Shown: positions 40,382 to 55,013 of the stretch, piece by piece
Position numbering within the stretch: position 1 is the first letter of the stretch
How the letters are laid out: each line of letters starts with the position of its first letter
NCBI RefSeq assembly: GCF_009914755.1
Contig: NC_060925.1
DNA: 64,000 bases
Direction: 5' to 3' (one strand)
Origin: the human T2T-CHM13v2.0 reference genome, Homo sapiens
The notes under the pieces: model-generated
Database searches by the model: none
What the model saw: only the letters and a program-made list of their open reading frames with translations
Told to the model about the DNA's origin: nothing
Translations under genes and position numbers: made by a program

Positions 40382-41219
40382 TTCTTAAGAAATAACAGTC
40401 CTAAAGAGTGCTGAAAGAAAAGAAAATTGTCATTTACTGCTATGGTGAAGTAAAGAAAATAAATAGGATAATAGTCGAAAGATCATTGTGATATGCATTT
40501 TAAATTGGTAGAATATTAGAAACTTCTCTATTACTACCCTACATTAATCCCTTCCTTCTGTAAATGTGTATAATGCTTGTAAGCTGTTAGGAATTCTTTG
40601 GCTGTAAATAATACAAAAGCCAAGTAAGACTGACTATTTAAAAGTAGGAGATTCTTTTCACACATAATGAGAAATTTAAAGATGGAGATGGTTCAGCAGC
40701 TCAAAAATATAGATCCAACCTCTTTCTATCACTCCATCATACTTAGTGTGTAAGACTTTCATCTTCACAACTCTTGCCTCATGTTATAACTCCTGAAATC
40801 TCATCTTAATTGATGGCAGGAAGAATGGGGAAATCACCTAGAGGATACCAGTGATATCAATCCTTCCAATCCCTCTTAAGGGGAAAGCAAAACAAAAATC
40901 TTTTCTAACAAGTCCCAACAAACTTCCAGTTATATCTCAAAGGCCAGACTGTACAATGCGGTGTGGCTACCCCATCTTTAAGAGGAGAGGGAGGAAAAAA
41001 AGCAAGTTTCTTGATTTTCCAGCCTCTGTGATAGAGGCAAGCAAGGTAGACAGGGATTGGAAATGGGAGTTGAGTTACCCAATCAACAATGACTCAACCA
41101 TAAGATTTGGTGCATGTCTTGTATTTGAGATGGTTTAGTTCAACTCTTTCATTTTACAGAAGAATTACAGTGGAAACTTATAATTCTTCAGTGTCTGACA
41201 TCCAACTCCCCACCCTTCC

Positions 41220-41220
<1 letters not shown>

Positions 41221-41252
<32 letters not shown>
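41221..41252. repeat. (CA)n microsatellite
   Basis: Seen directly in the sequence. Confidence 0.97.
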
Positions 41253-41254
<2 letters not shown>

Positions 41255-41625
41255 TCTTTAAAGCACTCCTATCTCAGTTTCAGAGAATTCTAATAAAAGA
41301 TATAGCTAACTTCCCACACCGGAAGACTAAGAAGCAGGATTCTTCTTTTCTCTCTCTCAGCACAAGCCTGGGGGCAGGCACATTATTTAAGCTCAGCCCA
41401 TCAGGGGATCTATCCTGCGATCTTGAATCTTGAACAAGGGACACAAGGAAATGAGGCTAGTTGAAGGGCACTCATCGCAAGTGACAGAAATAGTATGCTG
41501 ATCAAACTGCCTGCTATGAGAACATACTGTGGTTCTTGTGGTCTGATCCTCCACAGTTCCCTTGGTTTCCTCATTTTCAGCCTCCCAGTAATTACTAGTT
41601 GTCTTCCCCAAAATCTCATCTCCTT

Positions 41626-41680
41626 TTCTTTTGGAATAGAACCCCACCCTCTCTTCTTTTGGAATAGAACCCCACCCTCT
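41626..41680. repeat. Tandem duplication with a 28-bp period
   Basis: TTCTTTTGGAATAGAACCCCACCCTCT occurs twice, separated by 1 nt. Confidence 0.92.
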
Positions 41681-43344
41681 TTTCTTTTAACAAGGCTTTT
41701 TTCTAAACTGATCTTTATGGTGGAATAAGACTATTTTCCAATCTCTCTTGTAATATTGGTGTGGCCACATGTCCAAATAGTAAGCGATAAGATGTAATCA
41801 GATATATAGACTGCAAATTCCAGGAATGCTTAATTCCTTCCCACTGGATTTCAAGCATAATAGCTGGAGCCTGAAAGGATAATTTAGACCATGAGGTGGT
41901 TGTTCTCTTCAAATACGTATATATTATTTTATATCTTGTATAAATTATTTCTGTTATACGTAAATTAGTTTATGACATTTTAATTTTATATGTAAATATA
42001 TGTAACTACTATCAATAGAGTATCCACATAATTTATTGTTCAGTAACAATGGACAATTTTATCCTGGATACATGGCATATATGGCTATATTTGTACATAT
42101 ATATTTCTTTTTAAAACAAAGCAATGTTTCTCTTTACTACAGGTAACATATCACTGTTTTTTGTCGCATTCTATTTTTTTAAAGCTGGGTGCCACCTACT
42201 AAACTGACTGTATGACCCACTAAATGGGATACAACCCACAGTGTGTAAAAACATGAGTCTTGAATAAGCACTATGGAGACTATACCAGGAAATCAACAAG
42301 AAGGACTCTAACAGAAGTTAAACAGCTTGTGTTTATGGTTAATAGCTTGGGTGACATATGTCCCAATGTATGCAGGACATTTCCCGTTATAGCTGTTTTC
42401 CTGGTATAATTTTTAATAGCATCTACTTTCACTCTCAAAAGTGTCTGTTATTATTAGACAATAATTTTGTCACTCTATTAATAGTAGTTGTAATCTTTTG
42501 AAACATTTCTGCTAAAGATATCCATATTCAAACCTTAGAGAATAGAGGTAGGATGTGTTTGGAATGCCTTTCACTGGAACACCAGGGTCCCAGCCATGAG
42601 ACCTTGAAGATACTGAGAAATTCCTATTTTTGTTTCACAGGTATTCCTGCTATAAGACCTAGAATAGCTTTACATCTCCTACATTCCAACTACCCAAATC
42701 CTATTTAGGCCAAGCTATAAGCCCACTTTCTTCCTAAGCCTTTCCCTAATTCCTCTCTTGAGTGTACACTGGCCTTTCAATATTCTGAACTCCAAAGGTC
42801 ATTATGTATAGTCTATACAATACAACTTACCAAATATGATATTATATTATTTCCTAATTGTTTCAAGTACGTAATCTATCCAATTAGGTTGTAAACTTGC
42901 TGGGTGCAGGAATCAAGCCTTACATTTCTTTGTGTTACTTTCAGACTTACCACAATTCTTAACAAGTCATATATATTCAATAACTCTTAAAGTCAAGCTT
43001 GCAATTCCCAGTGCTTTTTTTCATAGCCAAGAGCAATGGGTTTTGGAGTCAGAGAGACTTGGGTTCACAATCCAATCCCTCAATTTATTAGCTGCATAAT
43101 ACTGGGCAATTTACATACTCTTTTGTAGGAATAACACTAGAGCCTAGTCTATGATTGTTCTAAGAATTAAAATAAATTAGGTGATGTACATGCCAAGCAC
43201 ATGGGGAACATTTAGTAAATAGAAGCTACCATCATCATTATTAGGTCATCATCAAACCTCCAGCAAAATCATCCATGAAGCAAAAGAAAAGATGGTAATG
43301 CTACTTATTTTCTTTTTTAAAAAAATAAACAACAACAACAACAA

Positions 43345-43512
43345 CAAAAAACTAGGTCTTGCTACATTGCACAGGCTGGTCTTGAACTCCTGGGCTCAAG
43401 CTATCCTCCTGCCCTGGATCCTAAGTAGCTGGGCTCACAATCCTCCTGCCTCCACCTCCCAAGTAGCTAGGACTACAGGCCCATGCCACCACACCCAGCT
43501 CTTCTTCTTTTT
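43345..43512 (-). mobile_element. Rearranged Alu monomer fragment
   Basis: Antisense Alu phrases with an internal partial duplication. Confidence 0.75.
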
Positions 43513-43879
43513 TAATATGCCATAGTTTATTCCTATGCAAGGTATGAATAAATAATTTTCTACCCTACCACCACCAGACACTTGATTACCAACATATTAT
43601 TCCACATTTAGAGATCAGTCTGATCCCAGGTTAATTCAAAGATATGAAGACAAACTAGATCAAATCTTGAACTATGATTTGGTCCAGAATATTCAAAGCT
43701 ACTCTTGTTATACCCTTGAATGGAGCTTAATTTCTATATCAGCCCAGAACCAACATAATTAGGGCAGTGGTTCTCAAATTCTTTGATCTCAGGGCTCTTT
43801 ACAGTCTTAAAAATTGAGAACCCCAGGGAATTTTTGTTTATATGAGTTATATCTAAATTAATATTTATATTGGAAATTA

Positions 43880-44217
<338 letters not shown>

Positions 44218-44270
44218 TCATCTTAAACACATTACTTGTTAACGAAAAAATAGTTTATGAAAAATAACTA

Positions 44271-44905
44271 GGCCTGAATACAACAAAAGATTAAGTAAGG
44301 GAGAATTCACTCTGCCTAATTTCAAGCTGGGCATCTACCTTCAGGCTCAGGCTGGGACTAGAACTTATACTATCAGCTTTCCTGTTTCTCAGGCCCTCAG
44401 ACCTGGATTGGAACTACACAAATGGCTCTCCTGGATCTCCAGCTTGCTGAATGCAGATCTTGACATTTCTCAGCCTCCATAATCACATGAACCAATTCCT
44501 TATAATAAATTATTCTATATTTATTCATATATACAGTTGTCCCTCAGTATTCATGGGGGGATTGATTCAGGAACCCTCCACCCCTGTAGATACCAAAATC
44601 CATGGATGTTCAAGTGCCTTATATAAAATGGTGTAGTATTTGCATATAACCTACACACATCTTCCCATATATGTTAAATCTAGATTACTTATAATACCTA
44701 ATACGATGTAAATGCTATGTAAATAGTTGTTATACTGTATTGCTTAGGGAATAATGACAAGAAAAAAAGTCTGTATACGTTTAGTACAAACACAACCATC
44801 CATGTTTTTTCAAAAAATTTTAGATCCAAGGCTGGTTTAATCCGCAGATACAGAGGACTATATATATTGTATTGATTCTGTTTCTCTGAAGAACTCTAAC
44901 ACAAA
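44271..44905 (+). mobile_element. MLT2-like (ERVL) LTR interrupted by MER2 (Tigger-family MITE, about 44533-44860)
   Basis: MLT2 phrases GGCCTGAATA..ACAAAAG and CTCAGCCTCCATAATCACATGA.CCAATTCC. MER2 CAGTTGTCCCTCAGTAT...ATACAGAGGACT sits in a TA-rich site. Confidence 0.75.
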
Positions 44906-44920
44906 TAGCATTTAAAAAAA

Positions 44921-45206
44921 ATTTTTTTTTTAGACAAGATCTCACTCTGTCACCCAAGCTGAAGTGCAGTGATGCCATCACGACTCACTACAGCCTGAAC
45001 TCCTGGGCTCAAGCAATCCTCCCAACTCAGCCTTCTGAGTAGCTGTGACTATAGATGTGTGCCATCACACCAGGCTAATTTTTTAATTTTTCTGTAGAGA
45101 CAGGGGGTCTGGCTATGTTGCCCATGCTGGTCTCAACCTCAAGTGATCCTCCCACCTCAGCCTCCCAAAATGCTGAGATTACAAGTGTGAGCCACCGTGC
45201 CCAGCT
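44921..45206 (-). mobile_element. Alu (AluJ-like)
   Basis: Antisense dimer. Confidence 0.9.
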
Positions 45207-45581
45207 GCAATTTGCATTTTAGAAAACTCATACTGGCCATGTGTTGGCCAACGACTTCCCAATACTTTTATGATGAGATCAGAGATGATATTAATGAAAG
45301 TGGGCTTTTAAAAATATTACAGCATGAAACATGTTAACATTTGGAAAACTGGTATAACTAAATGAAGCAACATTTTGCTTGATTTGAATGACTGCTTTTC
45401 TTCTTTACAAAATCAGCTTCACTCCCCCTGCCATTTTCCATTATGTTACAATATCAAGCATGGGTAAAAGATCCAAAGTATAAGACAGATCAATAGATTT
45501 TAATGTAACACAGTATGAAACGTTCATTGACATGGCTTCAGATTCCACACTGCAACCAGCCTTTAAGAAACTACCACTTGT

Positions 45582-45888
<307 letters not shown>

Positions 45889-47976
45889 AAACTACCACTT
45901 GCAGAGTTTTGGTGCAGTCACAAAAATGTGCACAATTATCTGAAAAAGCTATTAAAATACTCTTCCCTTTTCCAACTATATATCTATGTAAGGAGGAATT
46001 TTCTTTACATATTTCAAAACAACATATTGCAACGGATAGACTGCAGAAGCAGACATAAGAATCTGTCTCCCATTAAGCCAGAAATTAAAGACATTTGCAG
46101 AAATGTAAAATAATGCCACTTTCTAACTAATTCTTTTGTTCTGGAAAATATTTTTATGAGAAATATATAATTATGTTACATGTGAATTTATTTTTTAAGG
46201 AATTAATAAACATTTTTTAAATCCTCAGTTTAATTTCTAATTCTTACAACATATGTAATACTATATTAAAAGACATAACTCACATAAAGGAAAGCTCTTC
46301 GGGATCATTTCTTAAGAGTAAAATGGAGTCCTGAGACAACAAAGTTTGAGAGCACTGCCTTAGGATATACATGAGACCTAGAAATAGGAAAGTCTTGCAG
46401 GATGCTTGCCCTACTCAATTGCTATAGCAGGGCAAGGAGGCTTTGCAGGGAGGGAGGGCTGTGGTGCAAACCACTCCAGTCAGGGCTGAAGGGAAGTCAC
46501 AGCAGGAACTCAGCGCAATTGAGTGAGCCAGGGAGCTCTACCGAGTCCTGACAAAACCAGGAGATACCTGTTCACAAGGTATATAAGCCAAAGGTTAAAA
46601 CCAAGAAAGCCATAGGGCAGGGAGCACTCGGTATACCAGGAACATCACCCCCCAGAGCCAAGGGAAGGCAAAGGGACCCTGACCCGTCCCCATAACTGAT
46701 TCCGTGAGCCATCCACATAGCCAGGGCACCATCTCAAGGAAAGAATCCAAGAAGATACCTGATAACCTAAATATTTGTATATAAGAGAAATTAAACACTA
46801 GCCAAAGAAATCAATTCTAGATTGAGCTAAACTTTAAAACCAATCGGACATTTAGATTCTTTCCTAATAATCAATAAGTAAATGCTCATGAAAGGAACCA
46901 GATCAGTCATATACAAAAATAAATTACATTTTCTTTGCCCACAAAAGTAATAACATACATCAAAATTGTAACCTTGCTACATATAACTGAAGTTTCACAG
47001 AGAATATGAGCATTGGAGGGAAGAGGGAAGGCTGGAACTATGAAGGCAGAATGGCATTGCTTTAGTCTTGATTCTGTTACTAATTATGTGACTTTTCTGA
47101 AATGAGGATAGCACCTGGTCTGCCTTACTAAATAAGTGTAGAAAAATCTATAAACTTTTCTTTTTAACTATAGAATGTGATTGCTTTCGAGCCACCCACA
47201 ATAGAAAATCACATAGGTCATAGCACCTACCCCATAGGCTCTCACATTTTGGTAGGGAAGACACAAGTAAATCAGCAATGACAGAGTGAGATCAGGGATT
47301 CAATGGAGGTAGGTAGAGTGCTTTGAAAGTAAAACCGTGGACATCTACATTCAATTCTGGGTGGCGGTCTCAGAAAGTTTTCCCAGAAGAGGTGAAACCT
47401 CGATAGTGAAGAGTAGGAGTCTTAAAAGGAGGAAAAAAGGACAATCCAGGTAACGGGAAGAGCATAAACAAAGGGCAAGGAGGCAGGCGACGCAGCCTGA
47501 AGTTGTGATAGAGGAGTAGATCCTAATGTGCCTTTTAAGCCAACTGATTTTTTTCTTCAAAAAAAAAAAAAAAGTAGTCGCTTAATCAAGTCCCAGCTCA
47601 AGGAGAAGGACCCCAAGGGCAACCCTGGGCACACAGAGTTAAACAAAGAGAAGGCCTGAGGAACAGGATACAGAAAGTGGCAGCGCCGCCAGGTGATCCA
47701 GGAGGTCCCGCGAGGGGGCAACGGACACTTCAGGGCACCAGAGTTTGCTCTTCGGCCTGAATTCCCTAGGGACCTTCTGCGATCCCTTGCGGCTGCCGGC
47801 GGGGTAGGAGACCGGTGCGCAAAGCTCTGGACAGAAGCAGTGTGAGGACGCTGAGATTGAAGCCCACTCCCCTCCAGCCCTGCCCGAGCAGCCTGGAGGG
47901 AAGATGTCCGTCTACCCCATCGCACTCCTCCCCAAGTGCCCACCCCGGCCCACAGCGCCAGGACCCCTAGACTCAC

Positions 47977-48030
47977 CACACCCGGGCCCCGGCCTCCTCG
48001 GTTACCATAGCAACGGCGCAACACGCGAGG
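47977..48030 (-). other. ANKRD45: ANKRD45 non-coding exon 1 (5' boundary approximate)
   Basis: Strong donor GTG|GTGAGT at 47976 inside the CpG-rich region. The TSS cannot be determined from sequence alone. Confidence 0.75.
48001..48014. promoter_or_regulatory. RFX X-box GTTACCATAGCAAC
   Basis: Matches the established RFX consensus GTNRCC(N0-3)RGYAAC at the presumed TSS. Confidence 0.85.
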
Positions 48031-49004
48031 CAGCGCCTCCTCCTGCGCCGCGGTTCCGGCAGCGCGGGAAGGTTATTCTTGGTTGCAAAGGCGCAGGAAG
48101 CCAGAGTGGAAAACAGCCAGGAATTATCTATAATTTCAGTCTCTGGGTGGCGTGTCGGTTTTTTCTTTGTTTTGTAAATTTTCTGTAATAAGGTATTTGT
48201 TTTACAGTTTAAAAATAAGTTGTGCATATTGGTTGTTGGCCTGTCTTTGGCTTTTAAACGAAAGAATTTTCTGGAAATATGAGGTTGCATTCTAAAAACT
48301 ACAAAAGATTGTATGAATAACCCCTTGCTTAATTTTCTAGTTATTGGATATCTTTCTCCCATGGTTTATGGTCATTGTCACCAGCAAGGAGTGTTTCAGG
48401 CGACCTCACAAGTGCCAACTACCTTAGGAGCAGAAGAAACTTGGAGACTATATCCCTCTTGATTCAGAAATTCAAGATGCAAAACACAACTTTAAAAGGG
48501 GGGAAGCGATGGAGGTGGAGGGACAAGGGGTTCGAAAGAAACCAGCAGGGAAGGGCCAGGCATACCTAGCAATTATATCAATGTTCACATGAATCACACA
48601 GTGAAAACAGGGAAGTTTTTGTGCTGAAGGCAGGTGTGAAGGAAAATATTCATTTCTTTACTGTTTCTACCAAGAGTCCACTAAGGAGTAAGTGAATGTT
48701 TTAGAGGGGCTCTGAACATCTGTGCTGAAGTTCGAATAGCCTAGTTCTGAAATGAATATTTGACCTAAGGCCCAAGCAAAATTTCACCATTGTTACAGTA
48801 GGTAGTCAGGCATGAGCAGAGCAGGCTCCCCTATCCCCCACCAGGAATGTCAGGCGACCATCAGGTGATAGGCAGTTGTTAACTGTCTCTCTAAAATAAT
48901 AATTGGTTGCAGCCAATGCCAGGAAAAGGCACTCTCCGAATAGATAGAAAACATCTGAAACTGGTTATCAGCAGCTTCCCCATAAGAGCTCAGGAGTTAG
49001 GTGA

Positions 49005-49493
49005 TGTGAGAAACACACTCACCTGTCCAAACCCAAAGAATGGACTTAGAGGCATGAAGAACAGCAAAAGAGACACTTTTTAATAACGGTCTTGCAAGAT
49101 CGGGTGTCTGGTGAGCAGGAACACCCAGTGCAGTTTCAACAAGGAATTTATCACCTAGTGTGCAAGTCCCTACCCTGGTTCCTCATAGGCTGAGTACTAT
49201 GGGGTTACAGTCTTCCCCAACGTTGCCTAAGTTTCATTATCCCCTTATAAGGTTACATCTTGTCTCCTTCCCCACTTTAAGTTTTGATTTCCCAATGACA
49301 AAACTTTCTTTCCTTTTATGGATTAGCCACCCCACCCCCTATTTTTTTTTCTCCCTCCCCTCTGACTTCTGTGAGTCTTATCACTCTTCCCAGATGTCTG
49401 TAGCATGCGGCTTGTCACATCTGCAAGGGAGCTGCCTGGATTTGCCGGGGCCTGTTTTCTGAAAAATGGACCACTTAAAAAGTACTTCTTACA
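49005..49493 (-). mobile_element. Nested solo LTR (possibly LTR18/ERVL type)
   Basis: TGTGAG...CTTACA termini with the perfect 5-bp TSD GGTGA (49000-49004 and 49494-49498). The family call is tentative. Confidence 0.8.
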
Positions 49494-49748
49494 GGTGAGT
49501 GGGCTCAAGGATACACATTAAGAGTCAAAATGGTGGAGTTTAACTGGTATATGACCTTCTTGGGTACATTCAATTGGTAAGAGAAGAATGCCTCAAGTGT
49601 CATGCATAGAACTGCAGTAAACACACTGCACGTGCTCCTCTCCCAAGTGCTAGCAGGCCACTGCACATGTGGATAGCCCATCCCAAGAGAAGAATCAGGG
49701 GAGAAGGGACGCAAGACCCTAGAAGTATGCCACCATATAAAACCCTAA

Positions 49749-50094
<346 letters not shown>

Positions 50095-51253
50095 TCAAAG
50101 TCACCCACTTGGCCCTTTCCAAGTGTACATTACTTCCTTTCATTCCTGCCCAAAAGCTTTTTAATAAACTTACACTCCTGCTCTAAAACTTGCCTCGGTC
50201 TCTTCTTCTGCCTAATGCCCCTCAGATTCTTTCTTCTGAGGCAAGAATTAAGGCGGCTGCAGACCCATACAGATTCACCACCAGTAACACCATCATAAAT
50301 CTGAACTTTTGAAATACAAGAATAAATTTGAATTTTTTCAAATGTAATTATTAATTTTTCATGTTCAAATAAGTTGTGGTAATCAAAATTTTAGAGTTTT
50401 ACATTATAGAGAGGAACAATAATCTGTCAGTTGGAAGCTTGCTCCTGCAGTCACTATACAACACATTTGCTCTACTCAACAATCATTTCTTACTGAAGGT
50501 GATGAAGAGCAAGGCTAATTTTAGGCATTTCAGTTTTAACATGCTATTTTTCATAGTCTTTGTTTTTTAATATCTGGATGGAAGATGACTTATGATGCAT
50601 AACTGTACAAAACTGTACATGATTCTGTTTTTCATTAATCTTCAGGGGATATGAAGAATTCCCAAATAGAACTGTTTCTTGAATGTCTGAAGTGGAATTA
50701 AACAACTAAAAATTAAATAGAACTTTTAAAGATTATTTTTTAGTGCTCTGAATGCTAATATTAGAAAGGTAGTAAGACACAATAGGTTTGAGACCTAAAA
50801 GCAAAGATGCCGTGAGCTCCACTTGAACTCCAGGTCAGAAACAGCTGTGTGATGCACCTAGGCAGACCAGGTTAGAAACAGACAGGAGATTCATGGCAAG
50901 AGTGTGGCCTAGATGCAGCAGAAAGACTCCCATGACACCCTCTCTTAGCCACACCCCCTGCAAGCTTGACCTGAGAGTATTGGAAAGAGCCACTGGATTT
51001 GAAGGGGCCGAGTGCCCATGTGTAAGACACATCTCAGCAATAACCTGTGGGTATTAATGATGGAGGTCCAGATAAGACAGTGAAGGCCTGGTGAACAGAC
51101 AGCTTAAGCAGCAAATGATTAAGCACTATTCAAACCCCCCAGAAATTAGATCCCCTCCAGAAAATTATGGTAGGTGAGAGGTTTCCAAAACTATTGAAAC
51201 TAGTTTTTTCCAACATAAGAGAATAGGCCCTCAGAATAGAAATTATTGTATAA

Positions 51254-51572
<319 letters not shown>

Positions 51573-52169
51573 ATATTTCTATACTTCATAGACTGAGTCA
51601 TGTCCGTTGTACAATGTCAATTTCTGATGAAAAACCTGGATCAACTAGTTGAAAAATTTACTCCAAGGTAACTTAATGTGCTACATCTTGTTGTTTGAAA
51701 GCCTATTATATGCTGAGTACTGTGTTAAGTGATTCATATAAATTATCTCTAATCCTTATAGCAACTCTATAAGTTGCTATAAGAAAGTGATATTATTCTT
51801 GAAACCGACACTTCAGAAGGTTGAGTCACCTACCTAAGACCACACAGCTAATAGGGCCAAACCAGGATTTGTACCTAGGTCAGTCTGGTTTAAAACACCA
51901 GAGGACTGCTACTTGTTAGCTATATGCTAATTAAATATTAGAGAAAATCTGCCAAAAATAACAACTTTATTTCAAAATAATTTGCCTTGAGTCTTTCTGG
52001 CAATAATTAGATAATATTAAAGCCACTCCCCTGGTGTGTAACTAAAGAATTATTTCTCCATGTAGCTAATCTCTACAGTTGAGGAGAATGAAATAGTGAA
52101 CACCCATGGTTTTCACCTGCTGGTCCCTCCTTTTCTGGTTAGTGAACTCCCATTTTCTGTGAGGGAACC

Positions 52170-52474
52170 TTTCTTTTCTTTTTCTAGATATAGCATCTTA
52201 CTCTGTCACCCAGGCTGGAGTGCAGTGGTGTGATCACGGCCCACTGTAGCCTCATTCTCCCCAGGCTTAGGTGATCCTGCCACCTCAGCCTCCCAAATAG
52301 CTGGGACTACAGGCACCCACCACCATGCCCAGCTAATTTTTTTTTGTATTTTTTGTAGAGACAGGGTTTTGCCATGTTGCCCAGGCTGGTTTCCAACTCT
52401 TAGCCTTAAGTGATCCTCCTGCCTCAGCCTCCCAAAAGGCTGGGATTACAGGCACGAGCCACTGCACTCGGCCC
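52170..52474 (-). mobile_element. Alu (AluJ-like)
   Basis: Antisense dimer. Confidence 0.92.
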
Positions 52475-53490
52475 ACCTTCATGGTTCTTTTGGGATGGGG
52501 ATATTTTTGGCTTTTTTTTTTTCCACATTCACCATGCTTTTGTGAACCTCAAAAATCTGAGACAGGTATCAGTTGATTTGGAAAGTTTATTTTGCCAAAG
52601 TTGAGGATGCACGCCCATGACACAGCCTCAGGAGGTCCTGATAACATGTGCCCAAGGTGGTTAGAGCAGTCCCCAAGGTGGTTAGAGCAGTTTGGTTTTA
52701 TACGTTTTAAGAAGACATGAGACATTAATCAGCATATGTGAGATGAACATTGGTTCAGTCTGGAAAGGTGGGACAACTCGAAGCAGGGGGGTTAGAAGTA
52801 GGGGGTGCTTCCAGGTCACAGATACATAAGAGACAAATGGTTGCATTCTGATTAGTCTCTCCAAAGGAGGCAATCAGATATGCATTTATCTCAGTGAGCA
52901 GAGGGGTGACTTTGAATAGAATGGGAGGCAGATTTGCCCTAAGCAGTTCCCAGCTTGACTTTTCCCTTTAGCTTAGTGATTTTAGGGACCCAAGACATTT
53001 TCTTTTCACATTTCCCCACTTTTTAAAAATTTTTTGGAGAAAGCATATTAAAAGAAATGAGTCTCTGGTCTCAGGTTTTGTCTGATCTCTTATGGCTAGG
53101 ATGGTTTATTCCTAGACTGGTAGGTCCCAAGTTATTAGGAAAGCTCATTTTTAGAAGGTTGTAAAGTCTTATGTCCTATGAAGAGAAAATAAGGGAAGGA
53201 AGGAGGAAAAACAACAACAAACAAAAGAACGATCCTGGAAAATCAATATAGGCCATATTGCTCTGAAGTCCATATATTAGTAGGCAGGTATGAAAGTGGC
53301 TTATGTACGTAAATAGGTTGCTATTATTTTCCTCTAAAGTTTAAGTTATTTAGCTTCAGTTCGCAGGGCTTTAAAAAAAAGTATAGCTTAGTTTTCAGTG
53401 ACTCCAAATTAGGAAAAATGGAGAAAAAAGAAGGAAAAAAAATTGAAAACATTATTTTGCAGGCATGTAGCCAAGAAAAATTAGAATTCA

Positions 53491-53792
53491 GGCCAGTCAC
53501 GGTGGCTCATGTCTGTAATCCCAGCACTTTGGGAGGCCGAGGCAGGTGGATCACCTGAGGTCAGGAGTCTGAGACCAGCTTGGCCAACATGGCAAAACCC
53601 CGTATCTACTAAACATACAAAAAACTAGCTAGGCATGCTGGCAGGTGCCTGTAATCCCAGCTACTTAGGAGGCTGAGGCAGGAGAATTGCTTGAACCCAG
53701 GGGGTAGAGGTTGCTGTGAGCCAAGATCATGTGACTACACTCCAGCCTGGGGAACAGAGGGAGACTCTGTCTCAAAAAGAAAAAAGAAAAAA
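53491..53792 (+). mobile_element. Alu (AluS-like) in the MER4 internal region
   Basis: Full dimer; TSD AATTAGAATTCA. Confidence 0.95.
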
Positions 53793-54966
53793 TAGAATTA
53801 GAATTCAGTCCAAACTGTAGAAAATAATAAAAATTGAAAAACAATAGGCAAGACTAGAATCTAACAACGGGTGTACTATAGTTTTTTAAACATAATTTTT
53901 CTTTATCCAGTTTCCCATTTTTATTAAAGACAAATCATGGTAAGACTGATTTGCTTTATTACACTTCACCTGATTATTTGTATACAATGTATCAAGAATA
54001 ATTTTATTTTACATAGGCATTTAAATTGGCTTTGATGGAACTTTAGTCCATAGAAGGAATCTCAGATATGACTTTTTTAAAGCCAAGCCCAGCCATGGAT
54101 TTGTACCATCAAATACCTATGAGTTGTGAATTCCTCTCCTCTCAATGTTCCAAGATAAACTTGGGGCTCTTGGGTCTGTCAGAAAGTGACATTCTTTACC
54201 TACCACAGGTCAGGAACCCTGTAAAGGGACTGTGTAGAAAAAGGTACGAGGCCAATTTTTCCAAGGGGCTTTTATTGGCTCCATAAGTCAAGTTTGATTC
54301 CTTAAATGAAAGCACACCATTTTAGTCAAAGCCTTGGTAAAATAACCAGTTTCTCCAATTGTGTCCTGTTAAAAATGAAGAAAGATTCTTATTGCACTTA
54401 TGCAAATAATTGTATTGTCATAAGAATACTCACAAATAGTTTCCAAATTCTGTAGAAATCAGGTAGACAGAAACACATATGCTCCAACTTTTGTTCATAG
54501 GAGTACACTTAACTGTTAAAAGCTGTAAATAGCTTAAAAGTTTTCTTGACTCTGAAAAACAAAGGATCAGCAACGTTTTAAACAAAAAGTTAAAAAGATT
54601 ACTTTAAACTTCTATTAGTTTAGTCCCTGCGGTTAATTCCTGTTCTGCTTGATAGTCATAAACATTTCAGCTCTTCATGAGTCCTGAAAGTTTTTCCTCT
54701 GTTCAAATGTTACAATCTCCAAAGTAATCAGAAACCTGCATTCAAGGGCACCTGTTAGAGTTTATAGCTGATTATAAAACCACCTTTTAAAGAGGACCAA
54801 AATAAGACAACAATCATTCATGGATGACAAAAAGTTTTAGGGCAGCCATAAAGATACAATTGACAAGGAAATTTGTTACCTTATGGCACACAATAATTTA
54901 CCATAAAAATTATAATTATTACTGATAACATACACTAATTCATATTAGAATTATAGGAGTTTTCCA

Positions 54967-55013
54967 CCTGGGTGACAGGGTGAGACTCCATCTCAAAAAA
55001 AAAAAAAAAAAAA
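54967..55013 (+). mobile_element. Extremely 5'-truncated Alu (28 nt plus poly-A)
   Basis: CCTGGGTGACAGGGTGAGACTCCATCTC-A(n), flanked by the 20-bp TSD AGAATTATAGGAGTTT(T/C)CCA. Confidence 0.9.

Larger units (their letters stand above)
47660..48160 (-). promoter_or_regulatory. ANKRD45: CpG-rich promoter region of ANKRD45
   Basis: This is the only GC/CpG-rich unique segment in the window. It contains the exon 1 donor, an X-box and an ETS-like CCGGAA (minus strand, about 48054-48059). Confidence 0.85.

Noticed and set aside
47557-48362. Overlapping 94-155 aa ORFs at the CpG-rich promoter
   Set aside because: Stop codons are scarce in GC-rich DNA, several use non-ATG starts, and the 155-aa minus-strand ORF runs through the exon 1 donor.
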